This document shows positions 1-15,888 of a stretch of 40,244 nucleotides of DNA, in pieces. The first letter of the stretch is position 1; every line of letters begins with the position of its first letter. The stretch covers positions 1 through 40,244 of the forward strand of contig NW_014039738.1 in the NCBI RefSeq assembly GCF_001186125.1, given 5' to 3'. Below the pieces are notes generated by a model, which had not been told where the DNA came from, ran no database searches, and worked only from the letters and a program-made list of their open reading frames with translations. Both the position numbers and the translations under genes were made by a program. The stretch is from Sphaeroforma arctica JP610 (lineage: Eukaryota).

Positions 1-129
1 ATATATGTATTTTATGTATTTTATGTATTATATGTATATATATCACATAGTATATATATATATATATATGTATGTATATGTATATATATCACATAATATA
101 TATCCTAATATATATATATATATAGATAA

Positions 130-165
<36 letters not shown>

Positions 166-190
166 ATGTATATATATATATATATACACT
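1..190. repeat. (TA)n/(TG)n microsatellite block
   Basis: Direct inspection. Confidence 0.95.
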
Positions 191-1127
191 TGTAAGTGGG
201 GAGTACATCGAAATCAAGAGTTGTTCTTAAATAACAAGATACATATTTGAGTACATATCAACTAGCTCACTAGTACATGCACACAATGTGTATCCTAAAT
301 ATCACCACATCGTCGTGCATACTATTTTAATATTAAAATAGAACAATTTCATTTAAAGAATGGAACCGTTCTTTTGTGCCTTTTTTATTTATGCTGACAA
401 GTAGACAACAATGATAATCCAGTACACCCATAGTATACTGGAGATACTACACAATAAAACACATTGTACCACGAACATACTTCGAAATATCTATGAACTG
501 ATGACATCCTTTTGATTGATCTTTGATTGATAGTCGACCATTGATAGTCGATCAATAGCCGCGTGTATTTACAATATGAAGAAATGCGTTTATTTGTGTG
601 CATGAGGTGTATGCCAATCTGTATTTTAAGTGTGCACCATTTATATTTTCACAATATAGAGAGATAGAATTTTGGCGCGCAACTGTAGCCTCTCCTTTTT
701 GTTGAGTTTAATGCACTGATGAGGCAAGTGACGGCAGGTTGACTTCATTTAAAATTTAAATATATATATATATATACACGAGAGTCCAACATATGGACTG
801 GCGACACTTAGATAGTTAGCTGTACTCCGCCGCATCCCTATACTATTCGATTCACATGATAACGCATGACAGTGGTCGATGCTTCCTCTATACTGAAGCG
901 CAGGTGTACTGCAGAGACGGGGTGGGTCAATGCTTTGGTATAAATACGCATAGAATCAGAGTTGCAACCAGAGATTCCTCTGTGTACATACATAGCAAAT
1001 CAGATGGTACTTTAGAGCGTGACTTAAGGGAAGACACTCTCAGAGATACAACTGCATTTTGAATTATATAAATCGGCCATACGTATAAATATTATAGATA
1101 GACTACTGCGTAGCTGCCACTGCTGAG

Positions 1128-1158
1128 ATGTGGACTTTGAGAGCTCAAGACGGAACAG
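1128..1158 (+). CDS. NBS1: NBS1 exon 1 ([10 protein letters not shown])
   Basis: ATG TGG start as in nibrins (MWxL); donor G|GTACGC in phase 1 matches the exon 2 acceptor phase. Confidence 0.7.
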
Positions 1159-4136
1159 GTACGCGGAAACAAGCGAACTCGATGTTTATCCTCTGTATTT
1201 GCATTTGAAGCGTGTATATCTACAGTGCTCATACAGTATGCACAGATTCAAACAGATTCATGAGTAATGATCATTTCCCTGTTTACGTACCTCCTTCTGT
1301 CACAGCTATAGTATACGATCCCTCCTGGAGGGGTCCCCGAAATAAATATCTATTTATGTAGATAATTGTATATCTTACTACACTTTTGATACACGCTCGT
1401 ACATTTTTGCGTACTGAAGTTCAGCGTATACATGCATAATCTTATACCTACAACAGTTTTGTTCGTGACTTCACTTGTAGGTTTTATAGCAGTATTAATC
1501 ATGTACGTATACTTCTTTCGTTCATTTAAAAATGGTTCTGCCTGTTAGTCATTTCCTCGTCATATACTACGCTCATATGATAACGATGTTTTTAATCTGA
1601 TTGTATCATGTACGCTTCGGTAATTGTTCCTCAGACATATTATACATATAAATTTATATAGGAAAATGACGACCTTCGCAAATAGTTTGCGCAATACATA
1701 CAGGTTCGTATGTAAAGATAATCCGCATCAGTGCGTGATCACTCTAACCTATGTAAAGTGACTTGGAGACTGACGCAATACATACTTTGTTGGTACTGCG
1801 AGAACCTTGGTGATTTCTGCGAATACACGAAAGTTGGTATTTATGTGGCTCGATTGGTCTGTGCATTGTTCCAGTTTTAAACCCCATATTACTTATTTAG
1901 ACCTGCTGGGTCGGTTCAGCGGCTCTAAAATATATCCATCAAATTGAAGAATATTCTGCCTCCTTTGTCCAGTTTTTCTTAATAGCCGGCAAAGTAGAGC
2001 TGTTATGGTTGTATCTATAATCTTGAACCTACAACAATAAAACCCAGGTTTATATCAGTACGCTACCTATATGTTTACTTAGACAGCTGTGGGCATATTT
2101 TATCTATGCTCTCATCGTAGATCAGTTGTCAATTCGCCATATTGATCGGTGCACTGTTGTTTGTACAGATGCTGTCTACTACATCAATGCACGCCAGGCA
2201 GATTGGACTTTGGGGCGCTTCCACAAGAGTATGTGCTTACTCGTGGTCTCACAGTCATTCCCGATATTTTTCTATGTTGTCCTGATTCATCGGTTGCGCT
2301 ATCAGATACAATTTATTAGCGAGATTAAGCGTTGTTAATTCAGTGTTAGTAAGGAATGTTTATACTATCGGCCTAGAGTACGACGCTAGCAGCTGTATTC
2401 TTTCTGATCTAGTCGGCGTCCTTGTTGCTCTTACATTATCACGTCGTTGAATAGATGAATCCGTAAACCACCCTTTTGGTTGATGAAGTATACCATGTGC
2501 ATCTGTGGGGTGGCTGATGTAGCACTTTGACGACGTACATTCAGGGTTCTGAATCAACTGTAACATAGAAGTAAGTGCCTGGTGTGGTTGTTCAATCCGA
2601 GGATAGTATGTGGTCGATGGTGTGCCAGAGTCACAACTTCGTGTCCCCGAGAAAGTATGGGAGCGCCTGATATAAGCGTGTGCTATCGCTTCACTGTTGT
2701 ATAACACATTCAGATGTGTCGTCGATGACATGCCTTGTGCCACCCCATTGTCAATTCTGTCAACGATTCCATTACAACTATCTCATTGTAGACAGTCCCA
2801 ATGACATTACCATATCCCGTGCGGGCGAGGGTGCCCTGCTTTTCATTGGTCGAAAGCACTGCCAGTTAAACGTACAGCCAATCAATCCACTGGAAAAAGA
2901 GAATGACTCCGATTTCCGTACTGACTTGTTCGTAAGCGATCCGTTCATGCTTGATGGCGCGGAGGTGAAGTCCAAAACTGGAACACAGGTCAACAAAGTC
3001 AAAACAAAGGGGAGGGTAGGTATAGCATCTTGGTGTGGTGACTACACGCTTCCAACTGTGTTTTCGCCTGTCATGAGAGCAGTTTCTGTGTGTGTGCGTG
3101 CGTGCGTGTGCGTGCTTGTATATTTGTGTGTACATATTTTCTTGAGTATATATTATGTATTTTTAGATATCACACGAGATAAGTACATATTAAAATTTAT
3201 AATAAAATTTATATTGTTGCCCTGGGATCAAATTGACACGCGCTGCAATGTGTGCGCGCAGATTGAACCCATCCTTCATCTTTCTTCTCGAGTAGACTAA
3301 GCTCGTTGGACCAGAGGTGGACACACTACACTGCATGATCGTTTTATGTTCTCGAATGGATTTAACTATGTACCTTACCTATTACTTTTATACATTTGGC
3401 TTGATCAATGTTGTCGACGCTGTACTGTCTAGTATGTCGGACGCTTTTCGGATAGATGTTTCCCAATACCAACACCGTAGTCCCCCCTTTCTTCTGTAGA
3501 AGGCCAACTGAACAACCCAAAATCCCTCACTTTAAACCCTAAAATCCCTAGAATCTAACGACCCCAAATCTTTAAACACTACCATGGACGGATATGTAGG
3601 TACAATTGTGCCCCGGAGATGTGCTGACACTGGGATCAGGTCCAGAGACTCACATTGACTTTCGCGTGGAGTATATAGCATTCACGGTGTGTTTCAGCAA
3701 CATGAGAAACCAAGCACAGAAACAGGTCGCCATGACTGAGTCCATACGCATGGTGAGTTGAGTTTTTACTGAATTCGGGAATTCTAATCGAAACTTGGAG
3801 TGGCTTGGTGTAAAGGTATACATGGTGGTGATCTACGATTATATTCGATGAAGTCATTGTTCAATAGTTGGTATTGCACGGAACATATACATACATACAT
3901 ATATATATATGTATATATATATAGTGTGTGTGTGTATGCAAGTACATACGCTATTATTATAATTATTATTATTATTACTATTATTAGTAATGTCATCGTT
4001 ATTATTTTAAATATGGTTATTTATATTACTATTATCATTATTTTAATCGTTATTGTTGTTCTTATACTATTGTTATATTATATTATATTATATTATATTA
4101 TATTTTAATATATCTATGTATATATATGTATATATG

Positions 4137-4167
<31 letters not shown>

Positions 4168-4168
4168 C

Positions 4169-4249
<81 letters not shown>

Positions 4250-4336
4250 GTGCGTCTGTGTGTGTATGTGTGTGTGTATGCGTATGTATGTATTTTTATG
4301 CAAATAAGTATAAGTATATATGTCTATATATCTATA

Positions 4337-4375
<39 letters not shown>

Positions 4376-4444
4376 ATGTATGTATGTATGTCTATATATA
4401 CACGTATATATATATATATATATATATAGATAATTATGCATTCG

Positions 4445-4476
<32 letters not shown>

Positions 4477-4484
4477 CACTAAAG

Positions 4485-4533
<49 letters not shown>

Positions 4534-4669
4534 GATAGATAGATAGATGGATACATTATATATATATATATATATACAATATAATATATATATATATAAG
4601 AATATATATATGTGTCAGTGCGTGCATGTATATATGCACGCACGCAGACACATACAGGCACACACGTAG

Positions 4670-4738
<69 letters not shown>

Positions 4739-4747
4739 TATTTATAT

Positions 4748-4803
<56 letters not shown>

Positions 4804-7800
4804 ATATGTATGTATGTATATATGTATGTATGTATATATGTATGTATGTATATGTATATGTATGTATGTATATATGTATGTATATATTGGACAGTAGTTC
4901 CCATATTGGACAGTATAAATTTTTATTTCATTCGTGTATGTCCTATGTGCATGTATGTTTGTCGATGTATGTACATTTGCATAAATATACATTGAATTTC
5001 GTAAAGACCTACGCATTTTTACCGGAAGTATACATAAAACTATATGTGTAACCATTTCTGATCTTCTCCGTCTTATAACGTGCGTTTGTACATATACAAA
5101 CATGTATGGTTGTTGTCTAGATCCTTGTATACAAGCAGGCACTTGATTTTGTACATTTGTATCTATGGCTGTATAGATTCACAATTTAATTACAAATATT
5201 CATAGAACATATGCATACCATATCGGAAAGAAATCGATCTCAATCTTGATCTCCCTAAGCCAATATGGGTGTTTTTTCACTTCTAATTGAATTTCAAATC
5301 CTGACACTTTGGAACAGATCGGCGGAAAAGTAGTAGAAACATGCACAACAGAGGTGACGCATATGGTGTGCCCGAACATTAAGATCACAGAGAAGGTCAT
5401 CCAAGCCTTACTAGTGGGAGCCCACATTGTGCTACCTGGTATGTATCTAACAGAGGCACACTTATGAATGGCAGATATGTATGTGTGTTTGTGCTTTCGG
5501 TGCGAGTATGTATGCCCTTTTTAGCTGCGTACGTGTGTATATTCGGTTGGTGCGTGTATTTGTGCTTTTTGCAAGTGTGTTTGTACGTTTTCGTGTGTAT
5601 TTTTTCTTGTACATGTGTTTATGTACCTTTTGTATGTGTTTTTTTCTTCTTGCGTATGTTTGTGCTTTTTTTTTGCTTTTTGTATGTGAGTGAGAGTGTA
5701 CATGTGTGCTTTTCGTGTGTGTATGTGCTTTATGGCGTTGAGTTGAAAGCCTAGGTACGCGTGACGATTTATAGTAGGATAACTTTACGCATATAATTGC
5801 AATGCATGTGTGTTTCGGCATGTTTGATGTTATGTTTTATTAGTTCTTATCGTATGTTTCTATTCATATGACTGTATTGTCGCATTGTATGTATATCTCT
5901 ACCCTCCCTGTGCATATTCATCCAGATTAAATGTGCATATACTTACATACCTGTCTGTGCACGTGCTGGTCAAGTATTTGACTATGGAAGAATATGTTTG
6001 CATACGGAATATTGAGCGATTACAATACTATAGCCTTGTAGTCGGACGTCTGGCACTCTCTGCCCGTGCATAATCTGAGGGTTTTTTGCCATTTTTCTTT
6101 AGCCTGCTGTGACAAGAATTGAAGTACACGTAGGCATATCGCTAGCTTGTTTTTGCGGTGATATACACATATTCATTTGTATATTTACATTTTTATATAT
6201 ATAAATCTGCGTATATATGCAAAGTTAGAAATTTCGCGTTGATTTTCTCAACATAGCATGTACAAATACCGTTGTCTCGTTCACATAGAATGGATCCATG
6301 CAGTGACGGCAATGAAGAGTGAGGAACCCTTACCAGACCCAGCCAAGTTTATTCCCTGTAAGTATCCACAATTCTGCTCTCAGGTCGAGTTTATCAACTA
6401 TTTGATGAGAAAATTAGGTTCGTTGCTCGCGGAAACCCAATTTTGGGATCTCTCGCAACAAGCATGCACAATCTGGATCACGTATAATTTCTAATCATGT
6501 GCACAACTTGTTCGACACCAATTCATATAGCCCTATGCCACTGATGCCTCAAATGCGATCTTTCATTACAGAATTGCAAAAAAAATATAGTGCACACCAG
6601 TCCAAACATGGACATGTTTTTTCAAGTCTGATGTGGACAAATTGCAAATTTTGTGCATGAACACGCACGCCCAGGCAAATCACGTATTCCGAGCCAAAGT
6701 CAGCACATCTAGATACTGCCCGCGCCCATTATGCAATCACGTTCACGCATGAACGCTAAGTATATTCCATGGACATCCGTATACTCACAAATACATCTGT
6801 ACGCATATCGGGTTTTTTACTAGGATGTCTAGATGTGGCAAATGTTCACGATCATATTCATCGCCCACGACTTCGTTCCAGTATACATGATATACTATCC
6901 ATACCTGTGTAGCGTTACTTTACAAATCTAGTTATTTTTATTAAGTGATAGTCTCATTTATATCAAATTTACTTAGTGCAGTTCCAATCGATTTCTTGGC
7001 TCGTGTGTCTGTCCAATGAAATGTTTATTCTGTCAGAAGTCGTTTCGATCACATGGTCATTCACTTTTCTTGTAATTAACTAGCATAATATGCGCAATGT
7101 TTGACCCTCGTTGGCATATATCCGCTCAAATCAGAAAAACAGCTACTTTCAATGAGTGATCGAGTCACATTTTGATCGTCGAATTCGATTTTTGATCGTC
7201 GAATTCGATTGTAAATATTCTTTGTACGTGGCGAGCGGAACTACCTTCTTTTTCTGCAGTCCTCCGTTCACTTAATCAATCTCACTCCTTGTGTGGTGTA
7301 CACCTTTCGATAGTACTATCACTGAACCAGCGATATATGTACTCATACATGTATTTGAATACACGCAATTCAATCCAAACACATTTCTATATAAATTCTG
7401 TATGTTCTGTAGAATCACTCACAATAGTTTTCTTATCGAAGCATACACCCATGATATACCCACTATCTTGTACTCGCAGCTGTGGAGAAGAACGAGATGA
7501 AAAAGGTGCCATCAAGCTCATCTTTTGCACGCGATGAGACGAGAGCGGTTTTGTTCAAGGACATCCACTTCGTCTTCGGGAGTAATAATGATCCAAATAA
7601 AGAGTTTGTGCTTTTGGCAGGAGCGGAGATGTCGACAATTCGTGACAGAGGTGTCAATATGGACAAATTGTCTCAAAATCCCAACGTACGTGTGGTGAAA
7701 GACGCACCCAACCCCGCAGGAAAACTCGGCATCATGAAGCGCAAGCTGAAAAAGTATAAAAAGTGATACGTGAATACGTGCATACATGCATAAACACGCA

Positions 7801-7814
7801 CACTTCGCACACAC

Positions 7815-7872
<58 letters not shown>

Positions 7873-10800
7873 GTTGGTTTTGCATGCCGCTATGCATGAA
7901 TCAACTGCCTTGAAGTCTATGGCGCACTGTTTGCAAGAAACTGTGGTTGAATTGCTACGTATTGTCTGTTAGTGCACGAACCAGTTTCTACGTGGTACCA
8001 ATGATCTCGCATGGTCAGAGAGTTGAAAGTTGTGTATAAACGGTACTATTCTTAGGTAGGAAAAGGTACTTTAGCAAGAAACAATACCGAACCGCGACAT
8101 TGCTTTCCAGATTCGGATAAGCGATTTTTTTCACTCAGAACTTACCGAATAAGTGTCATTATTACACCGCATTCTATTCCGAGTTGGCCACACCTATTCG
8201 TCTTGTCTTCACACACGCTATTATTGCTAAACGATATATTGTATACCTTTCGCACACGCAGTTATACCCCAAGAATCGAATCCACAGCCGAACACACATG
8301 CATAATTATTTTTCAAGCCATATACTATGTGAAAGTGTGTATGTATGCTCAATCAAAGTCTAAGCAGCCCTGCACTGCTTCCTTAGATTCAAACGACGAT
8401 TGATCAACAATGAGGAGATCACCCGCGCCATTATCCTGTGCAGCACCGAACGCTACTGCAATCCGATGTAAGTACAACTTATGTTTGTAGCGGTAGCGCA
8501 ACTATACAAATAATCGCAACCATTGTCGTAGATTCAGCACTTTATCTTCTTGAAGGTTAAAATTGTTATATTTTATCGGTGTAAATGTGAGTTCGGTGAT
8601 GATATGTTTTTGTCGAATATCGTAGATGCTGAACGGGCACTTTTTACTGTGCTTATGTCTCGCTTACAGCTAAAACCGAGCTTGTGTATACCAGGATTGG
8701 TAGATACAATTTATCACGTGTAGTAGGATACTCGTGCGTATATCTGTGGCCATATCCCCTAAACCGCGTCACACGATCAGTTGTAGGTAAGCTCGCATGT
8801 ATTGTTAGATGTGCGACAACTTCGCTCATAGTCACAGGAGAGTATTTGTGTGTATTCTAATATCTGTATTCAGATAGTATTTGCGATCGTATGTATTTGT
8901 GGATGTTTTAGGTTCCTCTGCATGTGCTGTTACTTTTGTAATCCATCAACATATATACTAGTATATTTACACGAACGTTATCGTGAATAACGACCGCACA
9001 CATATTGCATGCTACGCGATTGTTTGCTTTGTATACTAATATACATCAATTATCAATACAATCATACACATACACAGATATATATATCCTCACACAGCTG
9101 CATATCGACCAATCATCCCCACATGTACGTACAGAACTCTGAGATACAGCGTTGCTTCCTCTTTCCCCCGCTAACATGTACATATACACATACTTGCAGT
9201 ACTCTGATGTATAGCCTTTTTTTTCTCATAGCGCTCCTGAACCGAATCCCGAAGGAGATACCATGCAAGCCTCTCGCCCCTGCCACGCCAACACATTGAG
9301 CAGCCCACCGAGCAGAAGAGAAGTGCGTGATGAGGTAATGTAGGAATTTTAGCAGAATCTTTGTATACCAATTAAATGTACGTATTCATGGTTGTGCATT
9401 TGTACGATCAAGCCATGACTCTGTTCAGTCCACCGAACAAAAGTGAAGTGCGAGATGAGGCAATGTACGAAAGCATGGCAGCATCATTGTATAATAATAA
9501 AGTATAAGTATTTGTGGTTGTGCATTTGTTCGAGCAAGTCAAGACACTGAGCAGTCCATCGAACAAAAATGAAGTGTAAGGCGAGGTAGTGTAAGACAAA
9601 TTCATAGCATGAGTGTCTAGCATGCATATTCACCGCTCCACATATATGCGGTTAGTACAAGGACATACAGGATGGTTCGTATCACATACACACAAGCTTA
9701 ATTGAAGAGGTGCAATCGAATTTCATCACCGATGTGTCTGGTTGCTTATTCGCGTCTGTGATCACGAACGGTTATCGTAGTACGTGTGGAAATTCAGATT
9801 TGCTTAGGGAGGAGCTTTACCTGTGACCTACATATATATGGGCCCCTACGTTTACTTCCTACTATTTACATCATAAGCACTTTGTATTGCTATGTATACT
9901 ACTACCCTGTGCAATTTGATTTGTGTATCGTTTTGAATGGCACACAATTATAGTTGAGTTTTTTTTTTTAAATACATACAAAGTAGCTGTTGATGTGTGT
10001 ACCATTGCCTCCTTACAGATATATCGTATATGTATCATACAAATACCCATATATTAAGGTAAATATGGGGTGGTCTAAATATGCTCACGGCTTTTATATT
10101 ATTAAGTGTGGTGCAATACGAACTCATGAGTATATACACCGCACATATGTATGCACATTCTGTGTACGTCTGTCAACCGTCATTTGCATATATACACGTA
10201 CGCTGGGAGGAACAATTGTCTGGGGAAGCTGTGTCCGTATTTTCTCTGTTGTAGATCAAACGCACACCCGTGCGTATTTTCAACAAGTGTGCTGGTATCA
10301 GCATTTGTATACACATTCGGTCCGTTAACTCTTGGTGATACTTGACTTCCACGACTGCGACGATATATGTGCTGCCAGTGAGCTGCATGTGATTTATGAC
10401 ATTCTTCGCCTATTCTGATATCGCTGTACGGGTATAAACCATAGTAAGCATAAGCTCAGGTGGAGTTTTTGCCTTATATATATATTTATATATGCACAAG
10501 AACCGTTTCAATGTGACATGTTGCCTGACAGAAAATATCGCTTGTGCTATTGTTACATACAGGTGATAGATGTTGACTCCTTCATATCGCGGATTCCCGA
10601 AACGCAGCTAGACAAGGTGAGTTTTGTCCAAAACATCGCCGAATGCTTTACTGTGCCATGTTATTTCTCTTGTGGTAATCATTTATTGGCCATTGAGCAC
10701 ACATGTCATGATGGAGAGATACTTCACAGTTGTATAGTCAATTTAGTGCCTTTTTGTTCTCTTGTAGTACTATAGTAATCATCCATTTGTCATTGAGCAC

Positions 10801-11563
10801 ACATTTTATAAGGGAAGCGATACTTCACAGTTGTATAACAAATTTAGTACCTTTTTCTTCTTTTGTTTTGGCACGAACTTTCTCCTTTTTCACCACATTT
10901 GTTTATGTTTCTTCATGCTTATCCCGTCCAGAGCTCAATCGACGCCTGCATGGCTTTACGGATACCCGAAACACTTCCGGAAGACAAAAACGTAATAGAC
11001 CTAGAATCAGATCCAAAATCAAAATTAGAAACTAAACAAGGTCCTGAATCCGAGCCTACACCCGAGGTATATCGTGAGATTTGTAAGAGGTCTGCTTTAT
11101 TTTTTTCTTTAAATATAGTGCAAATATCATCGAATGTTGTATGTTCTACTCAATCGGGAATCTGTTCCAAGCCGAATCGGACACATTCTCTATACCTGCT
11201 TAGCATTCTGCTATGTGTAACAAAGTAATCTAATAGCTTGTATCGGTACTCGATACTCGTATGAGGCTTATTTTGTTTCAGCTGTGATGGCTAATACGGC
11301 ATGAGTCACTGTGTTATTGCATATATCTCTTGGGTATTGTGTTTAGTTGTTGTGCAGGTATGTCATCGAACCAGAACGGCTGTATTGGTTTACTATTGGC
11401 GCCCCAATTAACAAATGGTTATCTATTGTTATCGTACGTGACAATGCACATAACTGAGAAAATGAATATATATGTTGCGTTCGCGGTTCATATACATATG
11501 GGCGCATATGCATATGTATATATGTATATATATATATATATATATGTATATGTATATATATAG

Positions 11564-11615
<52 letters not shown>

Positions 11616-11776
11616 ATGTATATATACATATATATATATTATGTATATGTAAATATGTATATGGACGTATGTATGTATGTATGTATGTATGTATGTATGT
11701 ATATATGTGCATGTGCATATATATAAATATATATACATAGAAGTATATATATATATATATATAGAAGTAATATATG

Positions 11777-11844
<68 letters not shown>

Positions 11845-14780
11845 GGATATGTATGTGCATATATGTATACGTACATGTGTATATTATGCACACACAGTGG
11901 ACCTAATTTACATCTGAACGACTTGATGCGGATTCCTCACATAGAACCATGATTGGTATCAGCTGTTTGACGACCACGTACATCCGAAGGTCCAAATATG
12001 GATATGCTGAGTTGTGTGAAATGGTAGTAAGAGTTTACCGCAAACCAAGCATGACCACTTCAGATATGCGTATACTACTTGACACCCGTATTGCACGTAT
12101 CTCGTTGCATATCTTTGCAGTTCCTGCACGCACATACATGTGAGATCCCGCTTGTTTGTTTCCCCCCAGAATCGGCGAGCAGTGTATTGTATTGATCACA
12201 CTTTGCGTACTGCACGACATACATAACGTCATCGGCGTTCTACTTGATGTGTATGAGCAACCCGAACGGCATCGGCGGCATTCTATACAAGTACACTACA
12301 ATACTTCTGTGTATGTGTGTGCCCCCAACGATACGAGGACAACTACCTACACCCCGGGATACAAAAATGTTCATAGATTTTGCCCAAATATCTACATGGG
12401 ATACTTCCCTCCAAAATACAATTATACTAAACATAATTTACATATCGGTAATGCAGCGGAGGACTCGGGCGTCGACCCGTCACACGGCAGAAAAAGCCAA
12501 ATCAAGCAATAAGACCAAAAACTCGGCTGAAAAGGGAACAGAAAATGCAGCAGAAACCAAGCGCACGCCATTAGGACGTGGGCGCAAACGTGTACACAGT
12601 GAAGCGGAAGAGGAAGTCTTTCCCGAGGTAAAATTTCCGTGCCGTAAAATGAAGTACACGAGAAAGTTATTCTATAAATATAACAAAATGAGTCCAATTA
12701 CTTTAACTTAAAACTTGACTCTGAATTTGCGCTAGCACCGTCCGCCCCCGCCCCCTCCTGACGCATGTAGCTTAGACTTGTATTTTAACTCGTAAGAGCA
12801 CGCATACGAGGCACACACCTATGGATATGTACACGTTAGCACGTTCTTGCCTTTACCTCGTGCATACATGACATATATATTCCACCTAGTCTTTTTATGC
12901 ACAGCTATTTACACGTATTCTATTCACTCGTTATCTAGGGCGATCCTTCCGAAACCGCACGAGGTGCATCAGCTTTGACATCACCACCACCAAACAAGGC
13001 TCAGAAGCGCAACACGCGGGAGCAATCTGGCGGTGACGAGGACATATCCAAGGCAACCGCCACGGAGGACGCAGACTTGTTGGCCAATGAAACTGAAGAG
13101 AAAGCGCACCCAGCTGCTACGGCCAAACCTGATAGGACAACAGCAGGTATGGTGGAAGTTGGTGGCCCTGTATGATGCAGGCTGTGTTGTTATCTCTGGC
13201 GTTCGTATTTAATCCGAGCGTGCTCATGCATGGGGAATGTATATATGTGCTGCTGCTGAAGTGTATTTATAAGTAGTTGTGAAGACCTTTGACAAGCTAT
13301 CCAGGCCTAACCTTCCGGGTTCATATTTGAATAGTTAACCTTTAGAGGCAAACATATCATTGTACGAAAGTGAACAATATATTAACGAAACGCAAGCATC
13401 GTGCACCTGTGGCCCAATCACAACCCCGCCCATTCCAACACACACACACTGCTTCCCCGGGCAAATCGACCTGGGATTACGTTTCACACGACAGCTATAC
13501 ATCAAAGATCTAACCAAACTTTTGCAAATCTCCATCCCGAATCATTATCCCAAATTGACTGTAGATACCTCCAAGAAAGAAGCTAGACGATCAGCGTCAC
13601 CGCCACCCCAATTTTTCGCACCACTTGCGAAATCCGATTTTGACAATTTTGTGGTACCAGAGCCAACTTTACGGTTAAATATAGACTGCCAAAATAATAG
13701 CACGACCCACGCTCCAGGGCGAGCAAAGGTAATTTTACCTTATGTGTACAGTTATGTACCTTGCGTGTGTATACAATTATGTTTTATTCCATTCTAATAC
13801 ATAACCTTGTACGTGTAGACGAATCTGCTTCGCTGGAACTCAAGGACATCTATCGTATGTACATGAGGATACATGGCAGGATTCTACTGGTAGATCCGTA
13901 GTGTGTGTGCAACGTAGGTTTCATGTATATTTTGGCGGAGCTGTGACTGTAGTGGTACAAGTCAATATTCTGCAGCAATTCTGTACCGTATACCTCGTCA
14001 CATTTTTCTCCAAAAATTTTCCAAATTTCTCATTTAATCGAATCAGGTGCCGCCTCACCAACAAACTAGAATCGAAAGCAGACCGGGTGTGATGGATTGT
14101 ATTACCGTCATGTCCTGCCCACGTTCCTCGCCACGTTTCTTACTATATTCTTCTCGATATTTACTACCACGTTCCTTATCTATATTCTATCAGCCGCTGT
14201 CCCACTCACGAACCAAAATTAAAAGCAAACCGAGTGTATTGGATCGGATTGTGGACATGTCCAGTGAGCTGTCGCACTACGAACCATACGTAGCGGCGGT
14301 GATACAGAGTGTGGCTATGGGAGACATCCCAGCAAGCCAACCCATGCAGCACAGCCAAGCGCCTGCAGAAGGTGTGTACCTTGCTGTAGTGTACGCCAAG
14401 CTATTGTACAACTGTAAATCTTATAGAAGGTTGGTGGTTCTTAGAGAATGTTACCGGGTTATCCAATGCGTTTTTATATGATTCAGACAGTCTCCAATGA
14501 GAGTCTATATGATTCAGTCAGTCATCACTACAAACATCATACTCTTACGTTACTATGCAGGCTAATCATCGCACTGCAGCTTTCCACTACTGAATGTTGT
14601 ACGACAATTGGCTGACTATTATAGTATAGAAGTACGCTCAGTGACAACATGTGATGTCGGCATGTAGGAGCACTTAAAAAGTGAATTGTGTGAGTATGCT
14701 CCGTATGCCCGTCAGTATGTACGTGTAATATTATTACCTATCGGTGTAATTATGCACACACGCACATTATTTTATATATA

Positions 14781-14811
<31 letters not shown>

Positions 14812-15812
14812 GTGTTTGTATGTATGCATGTGTAATATATATATATATATATATATAATATATGTACAATACATGGCGATGCGTGTTCGACTAGACTAAT
14901 AGACAGCTCTGTGATGTTTTCATCCATTGGAAATATATGTGTTTGCTTGTATAAGTTCTTGACACGTACATTTGTGCTCGCATTTTTTTTGCATATATTG
15001 ATCACGCATGTGGAATTGATGACCAACAATTGTAGTTATATAAGTACATAGAATATGGCGTGTCGATTTTTGAAAACCCTGCAACCCTATATCTTCGGGT
15101 ATGTATGAAAAATCATAGTACGCGCATATTGTACATAAATATTCCTAAATGCACATGTCAGTATAATTCAATAAACGGGATGTTGAACCACCTGCCAACT
15201 CATTATATACTGGCGCATTTATCTGTACACAAGCATGTACACTCACAAAAGATATAGTGTATACTCTCATATACTTACATACACCTCTATACCCACTTTC
15301 TAAATTTCAGTTTCGAATGTCACTACTCACACATTGCTCAAACGTCGATCCTCACTCACATGCCTGTACCTCTATACGAGCTTGCTTAACTTCAGTCATA
15401 CATGTATGTATCCTTCCAGACGTGGGTGCTAGCACGCAAAGGCGTGACGGCTCGCGACGTGCGGTATTGACCGAATTTGCGCCGTTCCAGCCTACGAACA
15501 CCTCACCGTTCGCACTACCCGAGTTACCTAAGGGTACTGGGCATAATATGCAGGCAAGTATTCCGCTCGTGTATTAGTTGAGATTATTTTTAAGTCCCCA
15601 TTGACACGCGAAAATAATATTTCAGTTAGCGCATGTGCATGTGTATTTCGTTGAGGTATTAATCGAGTCTATCAAAGTCTCCGGTGAATATGCGAGTATA
15701 AAATATCATTTGGCGCGTGTGGAGGCCTCTGGGTATGCATTTTGTCACTTTTTAAACATCGTGAATCTGGGAAGTGCTGAAATGCCCCATATATGATTTA
15801 CATACTGATGTG

Positions 15813-15888
<76 letters not shown>

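Noticed and set aside
3515..3580. Telomere-like (aaaccct/aatccct) run
   Set aside because: Short, irregular and intronic, with no consistent unit.
3800..5142. Many long ORFs rich in YI/CV/TH
   Set aside because: Translations of (TA)n/(TG)n microsatellites; the same applies near 1-250, 11.3-11.9 kb and 15.8-16.0 kb.
5462..5821. K/T/H-rich and F/V/C-rich ORFs on both strands
   Set aside because: Low-complexity TG-rich intron sequence between NBS1 exons 4 and 5.
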